From Phoronis australis (taxonomy: Eukaryota; Animalia; Phoronida), in the NCBI GenBank assembly GCA_002633005.1, contig NMRA01000028.1, positions 124,001 through 188,000 of the forward strand: 64,000 nucleotides of DNA, read 5' to 3'. How positions within the stretch are numbered: position 1 is the first letter of the stretch; each line of letters opens with the position of its first letter. The position numbers were made by a program, and so were the translations under genes. The notes beneath the pieces were generated by a model. It was not told the DNA's origin. It saw only the letters and a list, made by a program, of their open reading frames with translations, and ran no database searches. Shown piece after piece: positions 26,830 through 38,845 of the stretch.

Positions 26830-28407
26830 GTCAGTTGTGATAATGTGTTCTCATGAGCTCTAGTGGCTCCTACATGCTTGGCCTAGAATGATGAATTTTA
26901 TGGAAATATGATGAGTAATGCTGTTGCCAAGTGTTTCCATGTTTCCTCTAAATGTGTCATTCTAGGCATGTGTAAAAAAGGAAGTAAAAAGATTAAGCAG
27001 CAATTTCAGCAGCATTTTTCCTCATACCTTGTTCTTTTTTAAGTCCAAATTTTCTTCTGTACCACCCAATGTGAATAAGAACTTGTACGGCAATTCATTG
27101 CTTGTCTAACCCTCAAAATAGAATTACATCACTTCATTCAGCATTTTCAGCTGTAACATACAGCTGCAACAGACTAACTAAAGTTTTAAAAGTTTTTTTG
27201 TGAGACAAGGTAGTTATCCAGCTTCTAAAATATAGAAAAACAAAGACTTTTATATATATTGTGTTTTGCATGAAATAACTAGCAGAAGCGTAGATCCTTC
27301 ACCCACCAAATGACTGCAGGGGTCACTGTTGAGTGGTACCATGTTAACAATCATTGCACTGTTGAACTCTCCATGCCTAGTTTGTTATAACATTACCTAG
27401 AAATGTTATTCAGTTTGATGTGCTGGTGTTTTGACAAAATGAATTTAATAGGTTTGTCTGCTTGTAGTAAGTACTGAGTAGGCGAAAAGGGTTTCCTATC
27501 ACAATTGACAACACAACATTTGTTGGTTACGTTATATTATACTGCATTCTTGACATGGTGAAAACTAGCACAGTCGAAACTCAAGTTGCATAGCCCCGCC
27601 AACTGTAAATGAAAATGGAATTTAACATGCATACACAAAAGACGTGGACACTAACTACAGTGTCGATTTGTCGCCCAGTTTTAAGGTAGTGCAACTTGCG
27701 CTTGGTGATGTTGTCAACTTCGTGTCTAACTGCGAATCTATGGCAAGGCAGAAATAATTTTCCTAGTTGCGCTTGCACAACAGCATAGACATACAACAGA
27801 CATACGGACATTCCTTTTCACAAACTGCAACTTTTTTACTATTTATTAAGTTAAGTTTACGCGTTTTTCTTCCTTGAAATACATGCAAAAACATCATGTC
27901 CGTCCTCCATCTCAACGTCACTTTTAACTCCCAACATTTGTATGCCTGGGCATGTGCACTCCACCCGTTCTGTACAGAACTTCCATCTTATTTCTGTGAT
28001 GTGTGCAAACTGCCACAGTCTGTCTAAACAGAGTGTCTGAGACCTACAGTGATTGATTTTACGCCCTCAGAACTGTTGGTGGTCATAGCCTGTACCTATA
28101 TAGACTTAATGGGCCATGATAACTCTAATATAACTACAGTAGGATATGTCTGGGGTGTCTGGATTGAAATAATGTGATGTCAGTTTTGACTTTACAGTTT
28201 ATCATCTCTGTGATAACCTTTCTGAATTTGCTTGTTTATTAAGATTTTGAGATATCTGAAATTCATCAAGCCAAAGACTTTTGTGCTTTATCATTTTACT
28301 TAGCACACAGTCAAAATGTGTCACTGATGAGACTCAAAGATGTAAATATGTAGACCATGTTGCCATATTTTATAACTTCAGTAACTAATCTTGTTACTCT
28401 GTCGCAG

Positions 28408-28551
28408 GTGTGCTGTTCTGTGTGGGGGGTAGAGGTGCCTCGGGTGACCCTTTCCGCAGCATAGAGTGCTACGACATGAGGAGGGACAAATGGTTTCAGA
28501 TCTCTGACATGACCACCAGGCGACGTCACGTTGGCGTCTGCTCAGTTGAGG
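28408..28551 (+). CDS. KLHL8: KLHL8-like exon 2 (VLFCVGGRGASGDPFRSIECYD)
   Basis: AG/GT boundaries, phase 1-1; the GGRG.SGDPFRSIECY motif is characteristic of KLHL8. Confidence 0.92.
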
Positions 28552-29382
28552 GTAAGGTAGACATTTTCTTGAGAACTTTTTACTACAGAGATAACAAGAC
28601 TTCTCAGTGTTGTGTTTATGCATTTGTTTTTTTTTTTGAAATCTTGTGATTCAAAATTGTTTCTGAAAGATAGGCATATTTTGAAATGTGAAAGGCAAAA
28701 TTAATTCATTTAAGTAATGAATATGGAAATCACAAAATTAGGTCTCACGAGTTTGTTTCAAAGTTTCCGTGGTCATGATAGCAAGTGGTTTTTACTGCCA
28801 AAAGAATCGTAGGTTCACACTCCATTGATTAGATCGGTCAAATTTTGGACATGATGACTCTTTGACTCTTTTTTAAATGCTGACACTCTGATGTATTTGG
28901 TGATTGGGAATAATTTTTATTATGTGGTTTAAGCGTCTTTGAGTAAGTTCTGGACTTAAAGTGTGCGGACTATACATACAGTAATTCTCCATTTTTTCTC
29001 ACAAAAATAATTGTCATTTTCTATTTTCCAAAAACTGATTACTTTGCAGTGGAAACTTTACCAAAAAGTTGTTTTATGACATCTACACAGTACAAAGTAG
29101 GCTAGTAACGGGCAAACGATAATCTTCACATTGCGCCCTAGGCTAGTAACGGGCAAACAATTCGTAATCTTTATTTTTGTGAAGAAATTTCACAACATTA
29201 TAATTTCACGTGTCAGTCATATTGTGTGGTAAATAAGGGTTTGTGCAGATGTTCATTTTGTTCATTTGTTCAGTTCCTTGGAAATTAGGGGCTTAATTAA
29301 ACAGAAGGTGTACTTACTTTTGAGTAGTTTTATTTGTAATAAATTAAGCTGTTTTAACTCCAACTTAAAAAACCTTTTCCAG

Positions 29383-29494
29383 GCAAACTTTTCGCTATCG
29401 GAGGTCATGATGGATCTGAACACCTCAGTACTGGGGAAATGTTTGATGCTATCTCTGGTAGATGGCGCTCTGTGTCTTCCATGGCTACTCCAAG
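29383..29494 (+). CDS. KLHL8: KLHL8-like exon 3 (KLFAIGGHDGSEHLSTGEMFD)
   Basis: ttccAG acceptor, AG|GTAAC donor, phase 1-2, Kelch repeat; this frame is not in the ORF track. Confidence 0.9.
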
Positions 29495-29871
29495 GTAACC
29501 TTTTGTTAGGTTTAGAGGGGAATGAACTAACCACCATCCTTCAATAACATGCAGAATATTTCTTTCTGTTCTAGTTTTCTGATAAAAGTGTTGTCAAGAT
29601 CGCATTTGTTTCTTCTTGTTGTGCATGTTTTAGACAACATTGATTTTGCTACAGTTTCGGTCTTAAGCCATGGTTTTGGTCAAGTGTAGTTTTCGGGGGC
29701 TCATTACAGTTAGCCACACACGCAAAAAATCAATGTAGCCTCAAATTTGCACAACTGAGAATTGTTTTTGTAAGCCTGAACAGTGACTAGAGATAACAAA
29801 ATGACATGACAAAGACATGCAGCTTAATTCGTCTGAGCATATTTCTGCAATGTTTTCTTCTCCATTTCCAG

Positions 29872-30040
29872 GCGTGGTATTGCTGTAGCCTCTCTTGGTG
29901 GTCCACTATATGCTGTGGGTGGTTTGGATGATGCTGCCTGCTTCTCCTCTGTCGAACGTTACGATGTTGTCTCAGACTCCTGGTGCACAGTAGCTTCCAT
30001 GAACATGCCACGAGGTGGCGTGGGTGTGGCCGCTCTCAAA
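29872..30040 (+). CDS. KLHL8: KLHL8-like exon 4 (RGIAVASLGGPLYAVGGLDD...RGGVGVAALK)
   Basis: ttccAG acceptor, phase 2-0, weak donor AAA|GTTCGT; Kelch repeat. Confidence 0.88.
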
Positions 30041-30329
30041 GTTCGTAGAAATGCTGGCATTTTATGTGCATAGTCCTTTTTAAGTTGCATTATTTATTTG
30101 TTGTGCAGTTGGTTTTGAGATGCGAACGTCGAGGTTTTTCTCTCAGTATTAGTAACAGATACATTATTTTGAAGCAAAAATATAGTTTCCATCTACAAAA
30201 TAGAGCTATTGAACCTCTTTCAAATGTTTCCTTAAGTGTGTCCTAGCAATGTCAATTTTATGCCCTTATAGCACTTATTGTGAACTGCAATTCATTCTGA
30301 AATATAACATTTCATGAAATCACATTAAC

Positions 30330-30828
30330 CAGGGCTTGGAATTTTCCGTGGAAACGCGGATTTCCGCTTTTTTCAAATGTACTGTCCGCTTTTTTTATAA
30401 TATTTCCGCGTAAAAAAATCGGATTTGATATAAAATTTCCGCGGCAAATTCCTTTCTTACCGCGGTGTTGCAGACGACGTTCACCTCAAAAAGCGGAAGT
30501 TGCTCTTTATGTTTCGGAGGAACGTAAATTGTCAACATTGCCGGGGCACCTGGGACAGTGTGGTGGGATTTTCAATGGCGTCTCGTGTTATTGTTAAGCA
30601 CGGCGACAAATACTACCGCTCTGCAGCCAAAAATGTGTGGGGTTGGGAGTGGACGGGCGAGCTAAAAGGACGCAGACGCATGCTACTGATGGTGGTAACG
30701 TTTTTTTTTTAGTCCTCCCGATTTTTGTTGAGGAAAGGTTCACATTGACCATTTCAAGGCTGGTTAGCGGGCATGATTTGGGCCGTAAAAGTTTCCGTGT
30801 TTTTTGTCATTGGTCATTCCAAGCCCTG
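30330..30828. mobile_element. hAT-like MITE with 6-bp TSD, copy 1
   Basis: TIR CAGGGCTTGGAAT/ATTCCAAGCCCTG; TSD ATTAAC/ATTAAC; closely similar to 36287-36780. Confidence 0.88.
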
Positions 30829-30925
30829 ATTAACTAACTATTGTAAAAGGACTATATATGAGCTGTTGTTTTTACCTAACCTTGTTCCTCACATCTGTTA
30901 AAGGGCAGCACTGGTGTGTTTTCAG

Positions 30926-31085
30926 GGTTTCCTCTATGCCTGTGGTGGCAATGACGGCAGTACATCACTAGATACATGTGAGAAGTATGACCCTCATGTC
31001 AACAAATGGACCATGGTGGCCAACATGAGTAAACGAAGAGCTGGCGCCGGTGTGGCTGTACTCAATGGGTGTGTCTATGTCATTG
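30926..31085 (+). CDS. KLHL8: KLHL8-like exon 5 (GFLYACGGNDGSTSLDTCEKYDP)
   Basis: tttcAG acceptor, G|GTAAGT donor, phase 0-1. Confidence 0.92.
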
Positions 31086-32636
31086 GTAAGTCAGTGTTGT
31101 CTATATTTAGTTAATGCTTGGCAAAATTTTTGCCAAGTCCAATGTTCTATTATGAAGTTTTTGCTTGGCGAAAGTTTTTGCCATTTCTGTTATACCCTGG
31201 AATAAATTTTGTTTGTTTGTTAGTTTTTTGTTTCTTTGTTTGCATGCTGCAGGTCATATTTTCTTAATTTGATTGACATGAAATTTGCTCACAAAAATAG
31301 CTCCAAGGTCTATTGTTTTTGGTTGAAATCGGGTGCAAGATGTCACTGTGGCGGCCATTTTTACATTTTTCGCTTTGTGGATCCATGGCTCCACTATCCT
31401 TTGAGGGATCTTTGGGAAATTTGGTTTGAAGATGGACGTCGTCAAGATATGTCAAGAGCAGGTCATCCTTTTTTCAATATGACATACGTTATTCGAGACT
31501 TTCCGATGACTGCCGTTCTATTGATTGATTTCTTGTGTCTGTGTGCATGTTTATAGAATAGGTTTCATCAAAAGCTACAGGAAGTATGATATAGTTTCTA
31601 CAAATTAGAACACAATATGGTGCAACAGTAAAATTTTATTTTATCCAAAATTTCTACAAGAATAATAGAAGTCTATTTTACTTGATCATTTGAACAGTTT
31701 ACGTAATACAGCTGTCATCAATAAATGTAGAAATTTTCAGCAATACAGTGAACATAAGAAAAATTAAAAAAATACAATTTTGCCATTATTTGTGTTCGAA
31801 TTTGAGGAATCTTTACTGTACTGTCAAGTTGTTCAAGATCTTTGATTTGGTGACCAATTGCCCACTTCACTTTTATTGTTGTCATTTTCTGTGCAATTCT
31901 TTATTTATTGATCATTTTACAGTCATCGAAATCTTCAAACTCATCATCGTCATCCTCATCATTGTCGTGTTTCATTCCATTTCGCCAAGTTTTAGTGTAC
32001 AAGACTGTTTCCTATCGGTGTTTTTGCCACCATCACTCATCTTTGTTGTCATTGTTCATTGTTCTATTCTGCCATATGTCATTCTCCAGTCCATTTTCCT
32101 TGATAGGCTGAGTGAGCCATGATGCACTTAATATAATGTATAAGTCTCTTCTAATGAAAGGATGAGGATATATTGAGTGGGTGTGTACCGTATTGAAGCA
32201 AAAAATAGCATTACTGGCTCTGGTCTCTGCCCAACAATTTTGAAACCTGTGCCTCACTGTTTAAAGTAAAAAAGCGTCCACCTGTGTTACCTTTAGCAAA
32301 GTTCTTTTTTGTTGTATTTTCAAGAAAAAGGTTTAGAGATAACTCAGCTCATATCAGGTGGCTGGTTTTTTTCTTTAAAAAATGGGATATAAATAAAAAT
32401 ATCTCATCACTGTACCAATTCTCAAAGAAATAGACCAGAACCAGTTAGTTTTGTTTTCAACCTTAGATCGAAAATGAAAATGGTTCATTATCAAAAACCA
32501 CTTTGGGTGTTGGATGAAGTAAGTGCAAGTGTACTAAAAGTCATTTTATTGCTCGACATGATCTTTATAAACAGTCCGAGACATGATGTACAGTTTCTGA
32601 TGGAATAGTATTTATCAGTGGTTTGTATTACTACAG

Positions 32637-32838
32637 GCGGCTTTGATGACAACTCACCCCTGAGTTCTGTGGAAAGGTATGACCCAGCCACTAATGAATG
32701 GAGTGCCGTCAGTCCAATGAAGAGCTCACGAGGAGGAGTAGGTGTTGCCGCCTTAGGAGGAAGGATATACGCTGTGGGTGGACACGATGGCACCAACTAT
32801 CTCAACTCAGCTGAGTCCTATGACCCTGTTACCAACAG
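32637..32838 (+). CDS. KLHL8: KLHL8-like exon 6 (GFDDNSPLSSVERYDP...YLNSAESYDPVTN)
   Basis: tacAG acceptor, AG|GTGAGT donor, phase 1-2. Confidence 0.92.
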
Positions 32839-33565
32839 GTGAGTAGTTAAGCCAAGATTAGCGCTATACTTTTGTATTATATGAATTCATCGTACTGTCC
32901 TGCTCATTTGGATACCGTTGCGATATGGAAATTACTGTGACTTCCACAGACGTGATTAATTCTCACGTTGAACTTCAATTTTTGTTTTGCATTTTATAAT
33001 GTATAAGAAGGCACCTGGGTTTAATTAATAATTGCTTGAAATACAGACACAGAATTTGTAAGTTTTGCTGTTAGATTATCAAGTTCATGGAAGTCATGGT
33101 AATCTCCATGCCAGTCTTCCGCAAAAACTTTGCAAGGAAAGAGTGACCATGACCTGTATTGTCATCCATGCTCACGTTGTGTTTATGTAGACCCCACAGA
33201 TTTGAAAAAATACATGGTGTTCATTGGTTGCCAAGTTTTTGAAAAGTGTAGTTCTGGCTAGTGAAGGTGTGCGGCAGTCCTTGGGATCACAGATAACCTA
33301 AGTGGCTGTACTGGCTGAGTACAGCACATGTCCTTTAAGGTGACACCAATGATTTTATAATTAACCTCAGCATTTGTACACAGCTACATTCGCCTCATGG
33401 CACACATGCACCAAGGGTAATTAGTGTATTAACTTATCTGTAAGAGCACTTGATGCCCTCTGTAGGCTAAGGACTGACCCACTTTCTCCATGGTCAGTCC
33501 TTGGTGTCTGCACCACCCCTCGACACCCACTCATCTGGCTTGTCCTGGCACCTCTCTCTCTGCAG

Positions 33566-33701
33566 CTGGTCAGTCATTGCAAGCTTCCACACATCCCGCG
33601 CCGGAGCTGGAGTCACAAGCGTCCAGTGTCTGGTGGAGAGTCTGCGGTCACCAGCCGATGATGACACAGCATGCTGTACTGACTGTGATTTGTCCAAATG
33701 A
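33566..33701 (+). CDS. KLHL8: KLHL8-like last exon 7a (WSVIASFHTSRAGAGVTSVQCLVESLR...DLSK*), giving a 657-aa isoform
   Basis: ctctctctctgcAG acceptor, phase 2, completes the propeller; AATAAA at 33921. Confidence 0.78.
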
Positions 33702-33920
33702 GGTACACTACAGCATGCTGTCACTGCATGTCACCGTGCTGTCATATCAGTGGCCAGAAGTTGTGTTGTCAGCATGGCATGCTGTTGGAGAATGTTGATT
33801 TTGTTCCTTTTCTGGTTAACTTCTGGGTTTACTTCTGTTATGCAGCAAGTTCATTGCATCCTGTCATAAAGTGGGTTGGACCATGTTAACAGCTCAGTCA
33901 ATCAAAGTGTTTCTCTGAGT

Positions 33921-33926
33921 AATAAA
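33921..33926 (+). terminator. Candidate polyA signal for exon 7a
   Basis: AATAAA 220 bp after the stop, followed by T-rich sequence. Confidence 0.55.
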
Positions 33927-35875
33927 TTTACTACTGTTAAGACTTTTTGTTAAAACTGAAAATCTCCATGCTGCAAAAATGTTTTTCCTTTCGTTTCAAA
34001 TTGCTTGCTAGTTTCATCCCATAATGCAAGGTGCATTTGCCTTATTTGGAAATGTGACGTCTTAACCTGTTGACCCAAAGGTGAATGAATATATGGAGAG
34101 TTTGACTGAAGATGTAATGATTTAAGTGCACATATATCATTAGTGGGAGGGAAATTGGAAAGGTTATGGTAACTACAATCTTTTGTTTAGAGTGTTTTTT
34201 GATATTGGTGATCTTGCCAATTTTTACTGGAAATTCTTACTCGGGTCGAAGTGAATAACTCCCATTCGTGTACGAAAAACTAACTTTGACAAGAAATGTA
34301 CAAAATAGTTTGCATGTATTTCTGTGTTCCATGCTACTTAAAATTCAGCTTCTGACAGAGCACGGTGTAGTGTACATTTGTTTTCTGGCAGAGTATGGGC
34401 GCGTGAATGACAAGTGAATTTACAACGGCTCGGCTTAATTGCTTTCTTGCAATACTTCAACAATAACAACAGCACCAAAGTAAAGTCATGAAAACCCTGT
34501 TACATACAAAATCAGCTTACGAGCAACACACCTGCACTGTGTGCAGATCATGTGTAACAAATGCTAAGACTATGGCAGGGAAATGCCTTTGAAGGCCAGG
34601 GTAACACGAGCAAAGGAGGGGGGGGTACAATGTGGGGATAATTTCAAATGCACACAACTACCCAAACATTACTATCCATATCCAATGTGAATGATTGCGT
34701 CTGCAGTAGCACTCTGTATCTCCATACTGGTTTACTATGTCAGCTGGCATGTTCTTTCCCATGTCAAGTCCCTTTGTCCTGTTCAATCCGAAGACCATTA
34801 GGATGGATATGCAGCATTGGTTGCTTGTTTGTTCAATGTTTGCAAATTAGCTAGTCACATTTTTCACCCAACTGTAAAAATGTGTGACCACACACCAAGG
34901 TTGTTGACTGGGTCTTGTTCTCTTTTCGCTTATCATCCAGTAGATTGGCATGATGTTCACAAGCCCTGCACCACCCTTTGTTTCCTTAGTGTAAAGCCTA
35001 ATATTGTTCTCAGACACACCATTAAAACTATACTACTAGTCACATACAGTGTGGTACAGTAATAGGAAGATTCACATTACTACTGGTGTGCCTTACTTAA
35101 ACATGACGGCTTGACTGCTGAATCCTCTTTTGACAAATGTTGCACGTTTGCATATAAGTTCGTTGGCTTGACATTTCTGTTGCAGAGGGCAGCACTGAGC
35201 TATCTGGCTTTTTCCGTTCTTTGTTGCTTCTATTCTAGTTATTAATACATGCGTCTAATTGAAGTGCACTGTGAAAACTCAATGCAGAGGCCCACTTTAT
35301 TAATGGTTTAGCTAATCAGTTATGCTCGCAGTAAGTCTGATCTCACATCTGATCTTCCATAATAGTGTTTGCAAAGTCTATGCCTTGGATTTTAGACTTT
35401 GGCTGGCCCTGTTATGTAGTTTGGCAACTTTAATCAATGTTAATGGTCTGTAGCCAAACTATCCTTTGTATGTTAATGTGATTTAAACTTCGATAAGTGA
35501 TTGTGGTATTTTTTGGTGATGTTTCACTGTAACTTGAATGTTGGGCAAGATTTCTTGCCACGAGTTCCTGTGTCTTGCCTGACAGAATGCGCTCCAGGTT
35601 AAGGCCATGGTGTCAGGTGAAGCTAGACAAAGATCTACCTTGCTTCTTGTCACGCGAGTATATTAACCTTTAATTATTGCGATATTTCAGCTAAGAGTGA
35701 ACTTTAATTTAGCTACGAATCGCACCCTGAAAATGATGAATTAGCAGCTTCAGTTTTAACCATATTTTGAGGCCACAGTCTTTGAAAGAAGTAACAAGTA
35801 CTGTGACTAAAACTGTATCTGCTGAGTCATCCATGTTTGAAGCTTGAGGTTATACTCCTCTCTCTTCCATTTCAG

Positions 35876-35984
35876 TTGGTCTGCTGTGGCCAGTGTCAAT
35901 CTGTGTCGCGCGGGGGCGGGGCTGACCTTCTGCGATGTGAGTCTCCACCAGCTGCGACAGGCCGGTCACATCACCGAAGTATAA
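35876..35984 (+). CDS. KLHL8: KLHL8-like alternative last exon 7b (WSAVASVNLCRAGAGLTFCDVSLHQLRQAGHITEV*), giving a 648-aa isoform
   Basis: ctctcttccatttcAG acceptor, phase 2, homologous to 7a; this frame is not in the ORF track. Confidence 0.82.
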
Positions 35985-36286
35985 GGCACCACCATCCAAA
36001 TTATCTTCCCTATACTGGGGGAGGAGTTGAGCTTCGGTAGTTTCAAAGTGATTTTCCTCTGCTATTCATGGTTCAACTCCAACGGTGTTACTGTTTTTGT
36101 GACTGTTAAATCATTTTAAATTTAAGCCATTTGAATTTGTTATGTCTAAGTGTCAACTGCACTTGTTTTGCATGTGTCAGTATTTGGTCAGTTACAGTTC
36201 TTCAGGTTATCAAACAGTGACTGTAGGTTATTAACTGTTTGTAGGCTGGTCAGTACACTTCTCATTTAGAGCAGGTCAACTGGAAT

Positions 36287-36780
36287 CAGGGCTTGGAATT
36301 TTCCGCGGAAACTCGGATTTCCGCTTTTTTCAAATGTTCTCTCCGCGCATTTTATTATATTTCCGCGTAAAAAAATCGGATTTGATATAAAATTTCCGCA
36401 GCAAATTCCTTTCTTACCGCGGCGTTGCAGACGACGTTCACCTCGAAAAGCAGAAGTTGCTCTTTATGTTTCAGAGGAACGTAAATTGTCAACATTGCCG
36501 GGGCATCTGGGATAGCGTGGTGGGATTTTCAATGGCGTCTCGTGTTATTGTAAACCGCGGCGACAAATACTACGGCTTTGCAGCCAAAAATGTGTGGGTT
36601 GGGAGTGGACGGACGAGCTAAAAGGACGCAGACGCATGCTACTGCTGGTAGGAATTTTTTTTTTTTAGTCATCCCGATTTTTGTCGGGGAAAGGTTCACA
36701 TCAACCATTTCAAGGCTGGCGCGCATGATTTGGGCCGTAAAAGTTTCCGTGTTTTTTGTCATTGGTCATTCCAAGCCCTG
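36287..36780. mobile_element. hAT-like MITE with 6-bp TSD, copy 2
   Basis: Same TIR as 30330-30828; flanks TGGAAT/TGGGAT. Confidence 0.88.
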
Positions 36781-38839
36781 TGGGATATTAGTCAATATGG
36801 CAGAGGTCTGCTGAAGTGTTTGGGGTAAGACGTTACAGCACTCGTCCGGTTGTACGCCCGGAAGTCATTTTCAGCACTGTTTTTGGAAAATAGGGTTTTG
36901 GTCCATGTTTTGGAAATGTGAGTGGAACTCTATTTTGATTCTTTAATACGGCCTGTTAGTGTTCTTAATGACCACATGATGGCGCCATGGACCGAATGGA
37001 GTTTGTTCTTTGCTTCAACAGCAAAGAGTTACCCATGCTGATTTGTTTTATTCCAGTTGAAAGTTTGAGTTTTCGGTTCAGCCTAATTAATGCTGTGGGG
37101 CAATTTAAACACGGCGCATGTTTTAGAGTTTTTTTTTAAGAAGTAGGGATTGAACATTTACCCAAATGACTGATTTGAGTTAACATCCGAACACTTGCTT
37201 TTTTGTCAGCTATTTTACTTGTAAGTCCCAAATATGTTAGTTAGGGCTGGCAGAATAATTCAGCTTGGATTTTTAAAATTTGGGATGCACATTTCAATGG
37301 ACGTGGACATTTAACCGGTCCAAGTGAGGTACGTGTTTTGTGACATTCTACTGAACAGTTTGGATTTCTTACCAATATCACCTGATATGTAATGTTACGT
37401 TAAGATATCACTAATAATTAGACACATCTTTGTTATGTAATCATCATAGGCTAGCTACAGATCATCTCCATATTAAAGTGGTTTTAAAGGCTTCAAAGCA
37501 AAATGTTTTTGCTTATTCTGTATTTATTTATGGTTTTGTTCTCTGATTTTCTTTATTGTATTTGTCATAATTTTAACAAGACTCCATGAATTTCAGCAAC
37601 TTTATTAGTTTCTTTTGTGTAGCAAGATACATTGGCAGTGTTCTGGTGTACACAAAAGCAAGTTGGGTAATACAAACTTCATGAACACATTTGAAAGTGC
37701 ATGTCCATGGCTGTGAGGCTTTTGTAATACAACTTTGTAATCAGTGTGCCGAACTGGAGACAAACGTCCATAGTGTTCTGTTATGATGAATAAAGGACTT
37801 GGTATAACAGTTCAAACGCGTTGCTGCATTATTTTTCAAACTCAAGGCCGGAATGAGCCACACTTGCTGGGGCAAATTGATTCAAATTTGTAATCACAGC
37901 GAGCCAAATGGGGATGTGGAAAGCAGCTGCGCGATTTGAATAACTTGATATGAAAGTGAATGTTTTTGAAAGGATTTTCGTTAACTCCTTTGCACAATAG
38001 AGGGCAATATCTGGATAGGTGTCGGGGTCGGACAATGATGTAGATGTATTAAGGGTGCTGTGATAAACAGAGTTACTGGTTGCTGTATGTTTACTTCAGC
38101 TGTACAGTATTTCAACTAATATTAATGTTACTTTTCCTTACATTGTGTTTTCTATATTTTCTGTATCAGTTAACCCGCCAGTGCTTGATGCAACAGAAAT
38201 TTCGGTTTCACTGTACAGAAAGTTATTTCTGATAGCAACATTAAAATAATGATTATTATCTATCGGCAGCCTAGTTTTAAACGAGAGCCGGCCGATAAAT
38301 AATAATCATTATTTCAATATAATGCGACAGCTATGAACCTTTATTCCACAGACAGCAACATGTTTGGGTTATCGCGTTCTTTGTGAAAAGGAACGAAAAG
38401 AATCCAGTGTAGTACGAACATCCTGTCTACTGCTATTAGACTACACTGTGTTAAACTTGAATTACACTGCTCTACTGCCACAAAATGCACTTCTGGCTGA
38501 TCACGTTTTTCATGGTGTACTCAAACCTAATCCTGCATTGCTGGTGTTGAGAAAGCTTTTTGTGGATTCGTTTTTCTGAGCGGTAAACCATTGCAGATGG
38601 GTTGAAGTTTTGTCTCTGCTCTAATAATCTTTGAACGTTAACATTTGAGGAAAGAGTGCTGGTCTGCTGTTTGGAGGTGTGTAATAAGCTTTCTCAACAT
38701 TTGAGGACTGAGTTGCAGGGTTGGCTTCGTGTTTCCATGCCTGGAGACGTGTACAGATTTATCGTATGCACAACCAAGACAGTTTCACTATTTCCATATT
38801 ATGGAGAGAATTATGCAACAGCCTTCTTCATATAACATT

Positions 38840-38845
38840 TTTATT
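38840..38845 (-). terminator. Candidate polyA signal of the KLF gene (implies a 3' UTR of about 3.3 kb)
   Basis: TTTATT on +, at the boundary where + strand composition switches to A-rich. Confidence 0.55.
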
